This document shows, in pieces, positions 16,901 to 26,819 of a stretch of DNA of 42,810 bases. This DNA comes from a virus (taxonomy: Duplodnaviria; Caudoviricetes). The stretch covers positions 1-42,810 of IMG/VR virus record IMGVR_UViG_3300023173_001585; one strand, written 5' to 3'. The translations under genes were made by a program, and so were the position numbers. How positions within the stretch are numbered: the stretch's first letter is position 1; every line of letters begins with the position of its first letter. Below the pieces are notes generated by a model. The model had not been told where the DNA came from. It saw nothing but the letters and a program-made list of their open reading frames with translations, and made no database searches.

Positions 16901-17248
16901 ATGACCGATTTAAGATTGGAAAAAGCACTAGAATTTGCAAACTATAGATCTACTCTGGCAATTCAAAAACAACAACTAAAAGATCGTTGTGAAGCTAGAT
17001 TAAATTTTGCATATAATGGTGGATTATTCAAAATAGATCAAAGTCTTATTGGATTAATTGGTAATTTTGTTCACGAACAAAAAACTGATATAATATTATT
17101 AGATTCAAATCAAACACCAATTGCAGTTGAAGATCTAAGTGATTTTTATAATAAAATCACATCTCTGTGGTTTGAGTCTGTTAATGAATATCATAAGCAA
17201 TATCAAGAATTAGCCAATAAACGCAAAGTACACAAACTGGTAGAATAA
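16901..17248 (+). CDS. Hypothetical protein (115 aa)
   Basis: GGAGG SD 7 nt upstream. First gene of the enzyme block. Confidence 0.7.
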   Translation: MTDLRLEKALEFANYRSTLAIQKQQLKDRCEARLNFAYNGGLFKIDQSLIGLIGNFVHEQKTDIILLDSNQTPIAVEDLSDFYNKITSLWFESVNEYHKQYQELANKRKVHKLVE

Positions 17249-17249
17249 C

Positions 17250-18131
17250 ATGAGCACCGGCGTCTTAATGTTTGCTCATAACAACCGTACTATTGATTAT
17301 GGTGAAATAGCCTTGGCTAATGCCTGCTTGATTAAAAATCACATGTCTAACAATAATGTTACTGTGATTACAGATCAAGGCACAGTTGATTGGCTCTATA
17401 AAAAGTACAGTAAAGAATTTGTTGACAGCAAAATTGATAATGTTAATATTATCAGAAGAAGACTCACAAGCAATCAAAAACGATATTATGATACTAGCTA
17501 TACAAAGAAAATGGAACAGTTTTATAATATCAACAGACACAGTGCTTATGAATTATCACCGTATGACGAAACACTGTTAATTGACTGTGATTATCTAATA
17601 GGTAATAATTTATTAGATCAGTGCTGGCAACTGGATTATGATTTGCAAATTAATAAAACATCTAAAGACATATATAGTGAAAGAGGCATAAGCCAGTTTA
17701 AAAGAATAAGCGGTACATCTGTAGACTTTTATTGGGCTACTGTAGTATTTTTTCGAAAAAATAAAGAAACAGAATTATTTTTTAGTCTAGTTCAACACAT
17801 CTATCAAAACTGGCCATATTACAGTATGCTATATGATTTTACTACACCAAATTACAGAAACGATCATGCATTTAGTATAGCAGTTCATATGTTTAACGGA
17901 ATGCAAAACACTGGTATGATAAAACCTTTGCCTTTACCATATCTACAACACATTGACGGAGTTGATGATTTTATTGATTGTGAGAATTCTAATCACTTTA
18001 CATTCTTATTAGAAAAACACAAAAGACCAGGTGATTACATAGTTTGCAAAACCAAAGACACAAACATGCATGTAATGAATAAATTTGCACTGGCAAGACT
18101 TGCCGGAAAGATTATAGAACAAAACAAATGA
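17250..18131 (+). CDS. GT-A fold nucleotide-sugar transferase-like protein
   Basis: N-terminal GVLMFA strand, SPYDETLLIDCDY (DxD motif), late HVMNK. Paralog of the next gene. Confidence 0.65.
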   Translation: MSTGVLMFAHNNRTIDYGEIALANACLIKNHMSNNNVTVITDQGTVDWLYKKYSKEFVDSKIDNVNIIRRRLTSNQKRYYDTSYTKKMEQFYNINRHSAYELSPYDETLLIDCDYLIGNNLLDQCWQLDYDLQINKTSKDIYSERGISQFKRISGTSVDFYWATVVFFRKNKETELFFSLVQHIYQNWPYYSMLYDFTTPNYRNDHAFSIAVHMFNGMQNTGMIKPLPLPYLQHIDGVDDFIDCENSNHFTFLLEKHKRPGDYIVCKTKDTNMHVMNKFALARLAGKIIEQNK

Positions 18132-18982
18132 AAAAAGGTTACCTAGTTATTGCACAAAACAACAGCACACACGATTATGTTCGTATGGCTTATGCGTTAG
18201 CACTCAGTATTGCTTCAACACAAACCAAAGTTCGTAGAATGAGTATAGCTGTTGACAAAAACACAATTGTACCAGACAAATACCGTGTGATGTTTGAACA
18301 TGTGATTGACATTCCATTTGATGACGATGCACTATTGTCTGAATGGAAAATTGATAACAAATGGAAATATTATCATATCACGCCATATGATCATACTGTG
18401 ATACTTGATTGTGATATGTTGTTTACCAAAGATGTGGGTCATTGGTGGGACTATTTGTTGACAAGAAATATAACTGCTTGTTGTAATGTTAAAACTTTTA
18501 GAAATGAAACAGTAAAAGATCTGACATATAGAAATACATTCTTATCAAACAATTTACCAAATGTTTACACAGCATTTTTTCATTTTAATAAAAACGACGA
18601 TTTAGTTTATGAATATTTTAAATTGGTTGAAGCTATTTTTAGAAACTACGACACATTCAAAGAAGACTTTCTTAATCCACCTAGACAGTCAATATTAAGT
18701 GCTGATGTAGTATATGCCATGGCGGCAAAAATAATGGGAATTGAAGATGAACTGTGTAATCAACACATTGAATATCCTACATTTGTTCATATGAAGTCGC
18801 AAATACAGAATTTTGAAAAACAGTTTACTGAACAGTGGACCAATCACATTGGAAACTATTTTTCTAGTAACGGTGAAATTAAAGTAGGTAACTACATACA
18901 ACAATTACCGTTTCATTATCATGATAAGTCTTTTTTGACAGATGATATAATTGTAAAATTGGAGAAAAAAGTTGGCCTCTGA
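18128..18982 (+). CDS. GT-A fold nucleotide-sugar transferase-like protein
   Basis: GYLVIAQN, TPYDHTVILDCDM (DxD motif), FVHMK, FHYHDK. ATGA overlap with the previous gene. Confidence 0.65.
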   Translation: MKKGYLVIAQNNSTHDYVRMAYALALSIASTQTKVRRMSIAVDKNTIVPDKYRVMFEHVIDIPFDDDALLSEWKIDNKWKYYHITPYDHTVILDCDMLFTKDVGHWWDYLLTRNITACCNVKTFRNETVKDLTYRNTFLSNNLPNVYTAFFHFNKNDDLVYEYFKLVEAIFRNYDTFKEDFLNPPRQSILSADVVYAMAAKIMGIEDELCNQHIEYPTFVHMKSQIQNFEKQFTEQWTNHIGNYFSSNGEIKVGNYIQQLPFHYHDKSFLTDDIIVKLEKKVGL

Positions 18983-19562
18983 AACTACTAGATACGTTTT
19001 ATTTGATCTTGAAACAAGAGACATTAATGGCATTGTGAGAAACAAGCCTGGTATCGGAGAAACATATTTTGAAGTTGATTTTGAAAATGTTCGAGAGTTC
19101 TTTGAAGGAAAGAAAAACACAGCAAATTATTATGTAGAAAAAGATTCCAATCAATCTGTTTACAATATCAAATTAAAACAGAACAATATTGCTATTCATT
19201 TACTAGACGACAGATTATATCGAATACCAAAGAAAACTTCTGCAGATATTACAGTTACAAATGATAAAGAGAATAGAATTTTCAGTATCAAAATGGACAG
19301 TGCATTTCAAGAATATATGAAATCTAAATATAAAATTAACACAAAAGAAGACTTAGAAAATGTACATATCAATGGTGTAGCTGTGTTGGATTTTATTTTT
19401 TGCTATGACAATGATCCACATAATTTGATAAGTTTCAATAGAATTCCAGTTTTACAATTATTATTAGAAGAAAAAGTTGATATTTCTTATCAAAAAAGCT
19501 ATAATAACTACAGTGTATATACAAAAAGAATTTATAACGATTATGCATACAAGGAAATTTAA
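18972..19562 (+). CDS. Hypothetical protein (196 aa, TTG start)
   Basis: Fills the gap between GT genes. GGAG lies upstream of the TTG. No recognisable motif. Confidence 0.6.
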   Translation: MASETTRYVLFDLETRDINGIVRNKPGIGETYFEVDFENVREFFEGKKNTANYYVEKDSNQSVYNIKLKQNNIAIHLLDDRLYRIPKKTSADITVTNDKENRIFSIKMDSAFQEYMKSKYKINTKEDLENVHINGVAVLDFIFCYDNDPHNLISFNRIPVLQLLLEEKVDISYQKSYNNYSVYTKRIYNDYAYKEI

Positions 19563-20564
19563 ATGAACAACATCAAAGAAGTTAATGTTACAGACATAGA
19601 TATTTTTTATATCAGTTACGACGAACCCAACATGGAAGAAAATTGGGCAGATTTAAAATCAAAATGCCCATGGGCAAAAAGAACACACGGGGTATTTGGA
19701 TCTGATGCGGCACACAAAGCCTGTGCAGAAGCTAGTGATACTGATCGTTTTATCAGTGTTGATGGCGACAATGTTGTTGATCCGGCTTTCTTTGATCAAG
19801 TGATTGATTTTGCTGAAGCGGATGTAAACTTAGAAAATTCTGTAATTAGTTGGTGTGGTAAAAACTCAATTAACGGGCTTGTATATGGCAACGGTGGTAT
19901 CAAATGTTGGCCTGTTGAATATGTTAAAAATATGAAAACTCACGAAATTGCCGAAGAGGAAGGATCACAAGTTGATTTTTGTTGGGATCTAAATTACATT
20001 CAAATGAACGATGCTTATAGTTTAGTTGTTAACAATGCAACACCTTATCAGGCTTATAGAGCAGGATTTAGAGAAGGTGTTAAAATGAGTTTAGACAGAG
20101 GTCTTAAAGTAGATCCGGATAATTTTGAAAAAAGTTTACACAACAAAAACTTTCATAGATTGTTGGTATGGTGTAACATAGGTAGAGATGTGGAAAACGG
20201 TTTATGGGCAATGTATGGTGCTAGATTAGGCTGTTATCTTACCAATCTTGATTCTAGTTTTGATTATGTAAATGTTAGAGACTTTGAATGGCATACTCAA
20301 TACTTTGAAAATGAAGTAATGCCTAAGTTCCAAGGTACAACTGATTACTGTGCTAAATCGCAATACAACTGGGACAAAGATAAATTATTAACAGCCAGTG
20401 TTGATTTAGGACAGCAACTTAAAAAGAAACTCAATATTGACGTAGCAGAGTTTGATGAAACAGGTAGTAGGTTCTTTAAAAAAGTTTATTGGAATCCACC
20501 AAGAATGGGAAACCTAGTAACCGAAAAAGATTCTGAAGGAAGAATCAAGTATAAAACAATCTAA
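19563..20564 (+). CDS. GT-A (GT2-like) glycosyltransferase-like protein
   Basis: DIFYISYDEPN, AHKACA, FISVDGDN (DxD motif), YGNGGIK, YRAGFREGVK. Confidence 0.6.
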   Translation: MNNIKEVNVTDIDIFYISYDEPNMEENWADLKSKCPWAKRTHGVFGSDAAHKACAEASDTDRFISVDGDNVVDPAFFDQVIDFAEADVNLENSVISWCGKNSINGLVYGNGGIKCWPVEYVKNMKTHEIAEEEGSQVDFCWDLNYIQMNDAYSLVVNNATPYQAYRAGFREGVKMSLDRGLKVDPDNFEKSLHNKNFHRLLVWCNIGRDVENGLWAMYGARLGCYLTNLDSSFDYVNVRDFEWHTQYFENEVMPKFQGTTDYCAKSQYNWDKDKLLTASVDLGQQLKKKLNIDVAEFDETGSRFFKKVYWNPPRMGNLVTEKDSEGRIKYKTI

Positions 20565-20574
20565 GGAGTTACAT

Positions 20575-21087
20575 ATGAAAGACAATTGGATTAAATGTTT
20601 AGAAACAATATTACATCATGAAGGCGGTTATGTAAATCACCCTAAGGATCCAGGTGGAGAAACCAATCTTGGTGTTACCAAAAGAGTATACGAAGAATTT
20701 GGTGGTACTAAAGATATGAAAGAGTTGACCCGTGAAGATGTTGAACCTATTTACAAAAAAAACTATTGGGACAGAGTAAAAGGTGATCAACTACCAGCAG
20801 GTTTAGATCTATGTGTGTTTGATTTTGGCGTTAATGCTGGTACAGGCAGAGCCGCTAAATTTTTACAAAAGATAATTGGTACTACAGTTGATGGTGGTAT
20901 TGGGCCTAATACTTTAAAAGCCTTAGAAGCATATATTCAAATAGAAGGACTTTCTGCTACTATTGACACATATCAAAAAAACAGACAAGAATATTATGAA
21001 GGGCTTTCAACATTTGATACATTTGGTAAAGGCTGGACCAGAAGAGTCAACGAAACAACTGATTTAGCTCACAAAATGAGTTCATGA
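20575..21087 (+). CDS. Glycoside hydrolase family 108 lysozyme with C-terminal peptidoglycan-binding domain
   Basis: HEGGYVNHPKDPGGETNLGVT, FDFGVNAG, DGGIGPNTL, FGKGWTRRV. AAGGAG SD. Confidence 0.92.
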   Translation: MKDNWIKCLETILHHEGGYVNHPKDPGGETNLGVTKRVYEEFGGTKDMKELTREDVEPIYKKNYWDRVKGDQLPAGLDLCVFDFGVNAGTGRAAKFLQKIIGTTVDGGIGPNTLKALEAYIQIEGLSATIDTYQKNRQEYYEGLSTFDTFGKGWTRRVNETTDLAHKMSS

Positions 21088-21323
21088 AACCAACCCTGCC
21101 TTTAGAAATATTTGAATATAAACTCAATTGGAGACCCGGTTACACTGTGAGATTACATAGTGATCTGCGTTTACAAGCAAAAGAATGGTGTAAAAAGAAT
21201 TGCGATATGCACGAATGGGAACTTAACGAATACACCAATGTTTATGAACACACATTTTGTTTTGAAAAAAAGCAACACGCTGATACATTTTCAAAACTTT
21301 GGCCAAAGTTTACTAACCAATGA
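21084..21323 (+). CDS. Small hypothetical protein (WCxxNC family)
   Basis: ATGA overlaps at both ends. Similar to 35684-36007. Confidence 0.7.
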   Translation: MKPTLPLEIFEYKLNWRPGYTVRLHSDLRLQAKEWCKKNCDMHEWELNEYTNVYEHTFCFEKKQHADTFSKLWPKFTNQ

Positions 21324-22711
21324 CAGATGAAGTTATCAAAATTAAAAAAACAAGAGAGCAACTTAATAATGTATCTCCAAGTTTTTGTCTAGCCAAATGG
21401 TATCAAAGCACACTGCACTTACAGTATGGTCATACACACAGTTGCCATCACCCGAGAACACATAACGTACCTTTATCAGAACTACAATCAAATCCTTCTG
21501 CACTACACAATACTGAATTTAAAAAGTCGCAAAGAAAATTAATGTTGCAAGGCACTCGTCCCAAAGAGTGTCAGTACTGTTGGAATGTTGAAGATTTGGG
21601 TGCAGAACACTACAGCGATCGTAGTAGTAAATCACACGAGCCATGGGCATTGCCACATTTAGAATCTACTGCTAAAATGACCGGAGATGAAAATGTTAAT
21701 CCTACATATCTAGAAGTCAGCTTTTCAAATGTGTGTAACTTCAAATGTTCATATTGTTCGCCGGCATACAGCAGTGCCTGGATGGAAGAAATTCAATCGC
21801 AAGGTGCATATCCAACTTCAGACAAGTTTAATAATCTTGATTGGCTTAGACAAGAAAACAAAATGCCTATACCACACAGAGAACATAATCCATATGTAGA
21901 TGCGTTTTGGAAATGGTGGCCAGATTTATACAACAGTCTAAAAGTATTTAGAATAACAGGTGGCGAACCATTAATGAGCAAAGACACATTTCGTGTTTTA
22001 GATTACATAAATGACAATCCTAATCCAGATCTTGAATTAGCAATAAACTCCAACGGCTGTGTTCCAGATAAACTGTTTGATCAATACATTGAAAAAATGA
22101 AACGTATAACATTGGAAAACAAAATAGGTTTGACTAGATTGTATACCAGTGTTGACACATACGGCAGTCAAGCAGAATATATTAGAGATGGCTTAGATTT
22201 TAATCAATGGTATGACAACGTTTGTAGAGTACTAGAAGAATTGCCTTTGACTAAAATCACAATCATGTGTACAACAGGTTTGTTGAGCTTACCAAATCTG
22301 CATCGTTTGTTAGAATTAATTGCTCCTCTTAAAAGCAAATACTACAGCAACGAGCGTCGTGTGCCTATCACAATAGATACTGCTATATTGAGGCATCCAA
22401 GCTATTTGAGTGGCGTTGTAGGCCCTAAAAACAGCTTTAAACTGCTAGATAAAGCAGTAGATGTCATGAATGCCAATGCAGAAACACATGATAACCCTTA
22501 TAAAGGTTTTTTTGATTTTGAAATAGCAAAACTCAAACGTTTTCAAGAATATGTGGCCGCAGGACCCAATCCTGGAGAACGATTAAATATACAACAAGTA
22601 AGAAAAGATTTTGTATCGTACATTGACGAATACGATCGCAGAAGAAACAAAAACTTCTGTAAAACTTTTCCAGAACTTGAAGAATTTTACAATGAACAAA
22701 AAGAAAAATAA
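21320..22711 (+). CDS. Radical SAM enzyme with N-terminal Twitch/SPASM-like Cys cluster
   Basis: CNFKCSYC, TGGEP. N-terminal FCLAKW..SCHHP..CQYC. AEYIRDG and C-terminal D.RR...FPEL. Confidence 0.9.
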   Translation: MTDEVIKIKKTREQLNNVSPSFCLAKWYQSTLHLQYGHTHSCHHPRTHNVPLSELQSNPSALHNTEFKKSQRKLMLQGTRPKECQYCWNVEDLGAEHYSDRSSKSHEPWALPHLESTAKMTGDENVNPTYLEVSFSNVCNFKCSYCSPAYSSAWMEEIQSQGAYPTSDKFNNLDWLRQENKMPIPHREHNPYVDAFWKWWPDLYNSLKVFRITGGEPLMSKDTFRVLDYINDNPNPDLELAINSNGCVPDKLFDQYIEKMKRITLENKIGLTRLYTSVDTYGSQAEYIRDGLDFNQWYDNVCRVLEELPLTKITIMCTTGLLSLPNLHRLLELIAPLKSKYYSNERRVPITIDTAILRHPSYLSGVVGPKNSFKLLDKAVDVMNANAETHDNPYKGFFDFEIAKLKRFQEYVAAGPNPGERLNIQQVRKDFVSYIDEYDRRRNKNFCKTFPELEEFYNEQKEK

Positions 22712-22826
22712 TACAGAAAATATAGAACTAAAAAGCAATATCATAATAGTTTTTTGCATTGTGTTTCTAGCATTTGTATATTTTGATATGTTATTTTTTG
22801 GACTTTTAGAAAAATATTGGTACTAA
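22692..22826 (+). CDS. Small single-pass membrane protein (44 aa)
   Basis: ATG at 22692, in the frame of the track ORF. Basic N-terminus then IIIVFCIVFLAFVYFDMLFFGLL. Fills the gap before apt. Confidence 0.55.
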   Translation: MNKKKNNTENIELKSNIIIVFCIVFLAFVYFDMLFFGLLEKYWY

Positions 22827-22828
22827 AA

Positions 22829-23362
22829 ATGAATTATAAAGAACAAGTAATAGATGTCATTGACTATCCCAAACCAGGAATAGTATTTAAAGATCTCACT
22901 CCTTTATGGAACAATAATGTTACATTTAGTTTTTTAATTAATGATATGACAAAACCATGGGAAAATGAAGATATTGATATTGTGGCAAGTATAGAATCTA
23001 GAGGTTTTATTGTGGGTGCACCAATTGCCAGAAAATTAAATGCAGGATTTGTTGCACTAAGAAAACCAAATAAATTACCTAGAGAAACATACTCGGAAGA
23101 ATTTGATTTAGAATATGGATCCACATCAATACATGTTCACAAAGATGCAATTGATCCGGGTGCTCGTGTATTAATTATTGATGACCTACTAGCAACCGGT
23201 GGAACAGCAATTGCGGCTTATAATCTTATTAAAAAATTCCCAAAAACAACAGTAGTAGGTTTTGGGTTTATTGCAGAACTTGATTTTTTAAAGGGCAAAG
23301 AAAAAATTATTAACACTTGTAATAATAAACGCATTAATAGTATAATACATTATGCCAATTAG
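22829..23362 (+). CDS. apt: Adenine phosphoribosyltransferase
   Basis: DYPKPGIVFKDLTPL, IESRGFI, RKPNKLP, LEYG, PRPP-binding loop IIDDLLATGGT. ATG at 22829 preferred over the TTG at 22817. Confidence 0.93.
   Translation: MNYKEQVIDVIDYPKPGIVFKDLTPLWNNNVTFSFLINDMTKPWENEDIDIVASIESRGFIVGAPIARKLNAGFVALRKPNKLPRETYSEEFDLEYGSTSIHVHKDAIDPGARVLIIDDLLATGGTAIAAYNLIKKFPKTTVVGFGFIAELDFLKGKEKIINTCNNKRINSIIHYAN
23317..23346 (+). promoter_or_regulatory. sigma70-type promoter TTGTAA-18-TATAAT inside the apt 3' end
   Basis: TATAAT 23341-23346 lies 5 nt before ATG 23352. No SD. Confidence 0.45.
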
Positions 23363-24872
23363 TAAGAAAAAATCTGAATCCTATCAGCAATGGCGTGATA
23401 GAACCATTGATAAAATATCTCCTAGTTTCTGTGGAGCCAAATGGTACAATGCTACCATATGGTTAAACTCTGGCTCTACTGCAAGTTGTCATCATCCACC
23501 TGCACACAAAATACCTGTAGAAGAAGTATTGGCTAATCCAAAAGCAATTCACAACACCAGTTATAAAAAAATGGTGCGTAAACAGATGCTTGATGGCGAA
23601 AGACCTAAAGAGTGTGAGTACTGTTGGAAAGTTGAAGACCTAGGTAAAGAATATGTTTCTGATAGAACTTATAAAAGTGTTATATACACCGAAGAAGAAT
23701 TACAATTAGCTAAAACTAAATTTGGCTACAAAGACGATGTTCCATTAAAAACATTAGAAATTGCTTTTGATGCCAACTGTAATTTTGCTTGTAGTTATTG
23801 CAATGCAAGTTTTTCAACACAATGGCAGAACGACATTAAAAAGAATGGTGCTTATCAAAATCTAGTAAGTGATGGTGCAAGAGCATTTCAACAAGATGGC
23901 TCATGGGCTATGAAATACGGAAAGAAAAATGAAGGCAATCCATATATAGATGCTTTCTTTAAATGGTGGGATATGGAACTCAAGGACACTTTAGAAGAAT
24001 TAAGAGTTACTGGTGGTGAAGCAACTATGTCACAGGATTTCTGGAGATTAATTGATTGGTGGCAAAGCAATCCAGATTGTAATGTTAGATTTAGTGTTAA
24101 TTCCAACTTAGGCGCTAAACCTGAACTTATGAAACGGTTAGTAGATGCTACACACAGTTTTAAACAGTTTGATTTATATACATCTAACGAAGCAGTTGGT
24201 CCTCATGCAGAATATATTAGAGACGGATTAGAATGGGACATATGGTTAAAAAACATACACATGTTTTTACAAGAAGGTAATGTGCGTGAGTTTCATATGA
24301 TGATGACCATACCTGCACTTGCATTGTTTTCTATGCCCGAGTTTATGGATGAAATGGTCAAACTCAAAGAACAATATGGTAAACATTTTCCTACAATGAG
24401 TTTTAATATATTAAGATTTCCTAGTTTTCAGAGCATTGTTACTTTGCCAAGTCATATCAGAAATGAACGTGCTGATGCGTTAGAACAATGGATAGAAAAA
24501 AACAAAAGCAATCCATTAATTCATGACATGGAAATAGATGGTATAAAACGACTAATTGAATATACTAGAGTAATAAAAACCGGTCATGCATACACATCAA
24601 GCGAAATCTCAAGACACAGAGATTTTAAAACATTTTATACACAGTACGATCAAAGAAGAAACAAAAACTTTTTAGAAACATTTAAACATGCAGAATTGCA
24701 AAAATGGTTTGTGTCTATACCAGACACTGAAGTTGATCCTGTGGGTTTATTTGATGGTGATGCTACTAAAGGATCGTTACACAAACAAGAACTTGAAAAA
24801 CGAGCCAAACAAGAAGGCTGGGTGCTAAAACCACAAGGAGCTAATCCAGGAAGCAACGAGTATATAGAGTAG
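23352..24872 (+). CDS. Radical SAM enzyme with N-terminal Twitch/SPASM-like Cys cluster
   Basis: CNFACSYC, TGGEA. FCGAKW..SCHHP..CEYC and AEYIRDG. Close paralog of 21320-22711. Confidence 0.9.
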   Translation: MPISKKKSESYQQWRDRTIDKISPSFCGAKWYNATIWLNSGSTASCHHPPAHKIPVEEVLANPKAIHNTSYKKMVRKQMLDGERPKECEYCWKVEDLGKEYVSDRTYKSVIYTEEELQLAKTKFGYKDDVPLKTLEIAFDANCNFACSYCNASFSTQWQNDIKKNGAYQNLVSDGARAFQQDGSWAMKYGKKNEGNPYIDAFFKWWDMELKDTLEELRVTGGEATMSQDFWRLIDWWQSNPDCNVRFSVNSNLGAKPELMKRLVDATHSFKQFDLYTSNEAVGPHAEYIRDGLEWDIWLKNIHMFLQEGNVREFHMMMTIPALALFSMPEFMDEMVKLKEQYGKHFPTMSFNILRFPSFQSIVTLPSHIRNERADALEQWIEKNKSNPLIHDMEIDGIKRLIEYTRVIKTGHAYTSSEISRHRDFKTFYTQYDQRRNKNFLETFKHAELQKWFVSIPDTEVDPVGLFDGDATKGSLHKQELEKRAKQEGWVLKPQGANPGSNEYIE

Positions 24873-24879
24873 GTAAACT

Positions 24880-25662
24880 ATGACTAGTGAGTCTTATGAG
24901 CAGTATATGATTAGAAGATTTAAAGAAGAACGTTTAAAAGAAAAACCAATTGTTGCTGGTGGTTGTAGTTTTACTTACAACAACGAAATGACGTGGGCAG
25001 GAAAAGTCAACGAGTTTCATAGAGTTATCAACGTTGGTTCATGTGCCGCAGGTAACGATTATATTGCTCGTTCTGTAATACATGAAATGGAAAAACACCA
25101 AAGCCTGGTTTTAATTTGCCAATGGTCTGGTATACATCGACGTAGTTATTATATAGATAAAAACAGCATATTTTTTAATCATTTTAAAAGATATGAATGG
25201 CCGGATTGGGCGGGTGATTATCAAAAAGCCAACACAGATGCAGTCACACAAGACGAGTTCTGGATTAAAACCGGTGGTAATAATATAAATCATTCTGGAT
25301 CATCTGATATAATACACAAAAATTATGTAGAGCCATATCTAAAACATTTTTATTCAGACGAACAAGCACTGGTTGAAACTTTTGAAAATATTTTAAGAGT
25401 ACAATATTACTGTAAAGCACACCATATCAAAAATTATATGTTTTGGTGGAAAACCGAAATTGAAAATTATAAATTAGGCAAGTACAGTCAAGAACTTTAT
25501 AATCAAATACAAAAAAACAAAGACACAACTTGGTTACCAGCATTAGGAGAATGGTGTCTTAATAATACTACTTTACATGAAGTTGATTTAGCATTAGGTC
25601 ATCATCCAACAAAAGAACATCACGATCTTTATGCTGAGCAAGTTATTTTAAAAAGTCTGTAA
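24880..25662 (+). CDS. SGNH/GDSL-like hydrolase or acyltransferase
   Basis: Block I-like GGCSFT, AGNDYI, QWSG..R, C-terminal GHHPT..H. Confidence 0.6.
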   Translation: MTSESYEQYMIRRFKEERLKEKPIVAGGCSFTYNNEMTWAGKVNEFHRVINVGSCAAGNDYIARSVIHEMEKHQSLVLICQWSGIHRRSYYIDKNSIFFNHFKRYEWPDWAGDYQKANTDAVTQDEFWIKTGGNNINHSGSSDIIHKNYVEPYLKHFYSDEQALVETFENILRVQYYCKAHHIKNYMFWWKTEIENYKLGKYSQELYNQIQKNKDTTWLPALGEWCLNNTTLHEVDLALGHHPTKEHHDLYAEQVILKSL

Positions 25663-26819
25663 TGAGTATCTTAGTTAAAAAAATTGTTATCGATGGCCAG
25701 TCAGAAACGCTAGAATCTATTTTTCGTTTTCTTGACAATGTTGAGTATATTGACAATATACCCGAGCATGATTCTTTTTGGTTTGAGTTGGCATTTTATG
25801 GAAACGGCATTGAGAATTTTTGGGAACATGTTGAATCAAATTTTAAAACACAAGAATTAATTCCATATTTAAAATCTAAACAAGCCAAACTTGCAATTTG
25901 TTATATGCGTGAATATCCGTTTGCACACAACGAATGGGTACAAATGCAGAGTAAAATAGGTGAAGATGCTTGTAACAAGTTTGATATAGATCCAAAACAA
26001 ATATACTATTTTTACGGTAATAAGCCAACAGAACTAGAATCATTTAAGCAAACTGACATTAATGTTATCGACATTCCATACTTTGAAATAGATTTTGTAC
26101 ACAGAGTTAATCAAGGTGAAATTGAATACATATCTCCGTATGAAGCAGAAAGAAAAAACCCTAGCAGAACATTTTTAGATATGAATGGTAAGCCTAACAA
26201 ATACATGAGATTAAGACATGTGGTTCATATGTGGAATAAAAGAATTATTGATCACGGAATTATCAATTTATATCAAACAGATGAAGATAGAAGAATTTGG
26301 GAGACTGAAGACTATAGAAACTTAGTAATTGATTTAATAAACGATAAAGATTGGGAGAAATTTTTAAAATGGTGGCCACAATCTCATGACAGCAATGAAG
26401 GTTTATATGGTAAACATCATTGTGGCTATCCATATGATAGAAAACTGTTTGAAGACACTTTTATGAGTGTAGTAGCTGAAACTCATAGTGGTGCTCGTGA
26501 TTGTAATTCACAGTTTTTTATAAGTGAAAAAATAGTTAAAGCAATTGGCAATTGCCATCCTTTTGTAATTCTTTCTACGCCTGATTATCTAAAAGAATTA
26601 CAAAAATTAGGGTATAAAACTTTTAGTCCTTATTTTAATGAATCATATGATAGCGAAAAAGATGCCGAGCTTCGTATGATAAAAGCTGTTGACGAAGTTG
26701 AAAGAATTTGCAAAAACGGTGTGCCAATAAAAACACTTGAAACAGCCATACATAATCAGTCTTTGCTCTTTGAAAGATATAATGCTACATTAAAAAAATT
26801 AAAGGAAATAATCACATGA
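25662..26819 (+). CDS. GT-B-like putative glycosyltransferase ('TEK..HPF' family)
   Basis: MNGKPNKYMR. SVVAET..FISEKIVKAIGNCHPF..LGYKTFSPYFNESYD resembles the GT10 ENS..TEK donor-binding motif. Confidence 0.5.
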   Translation: MSILVKKIVIDGQSETLESIFRFLDNVEYIDNIPEHDSFWFELAFYGNGIENFWEHVESNFKTQELIPYLKSKQAKLAICYMREYPFAHNEWVQMQSKIGEDACNKFDIDPKQIYYFYGNKPTELESFKQTDINVIDIPYFEIDFVHRVNQGEIEYISPYEAERKNPSRTFLDMNGKPNKYMRLRHVVHMWNKRIIDHGIINLYQTDEDRRIWETEDYRNLVIDLINDKDWEKFLKWWPQSHDSNEGLYGKHHCGYPYDRKLFEDTFMSVVAETHSGARDCNSQFFISEKIVKAIGNCHPFVILSTPDYLKELQKLGYKTFSPYFNESYDSEKDAELRMIKAVDEVERICKNGVPIKTLETAIHNQSLLFERYNATLKKLKEIIT

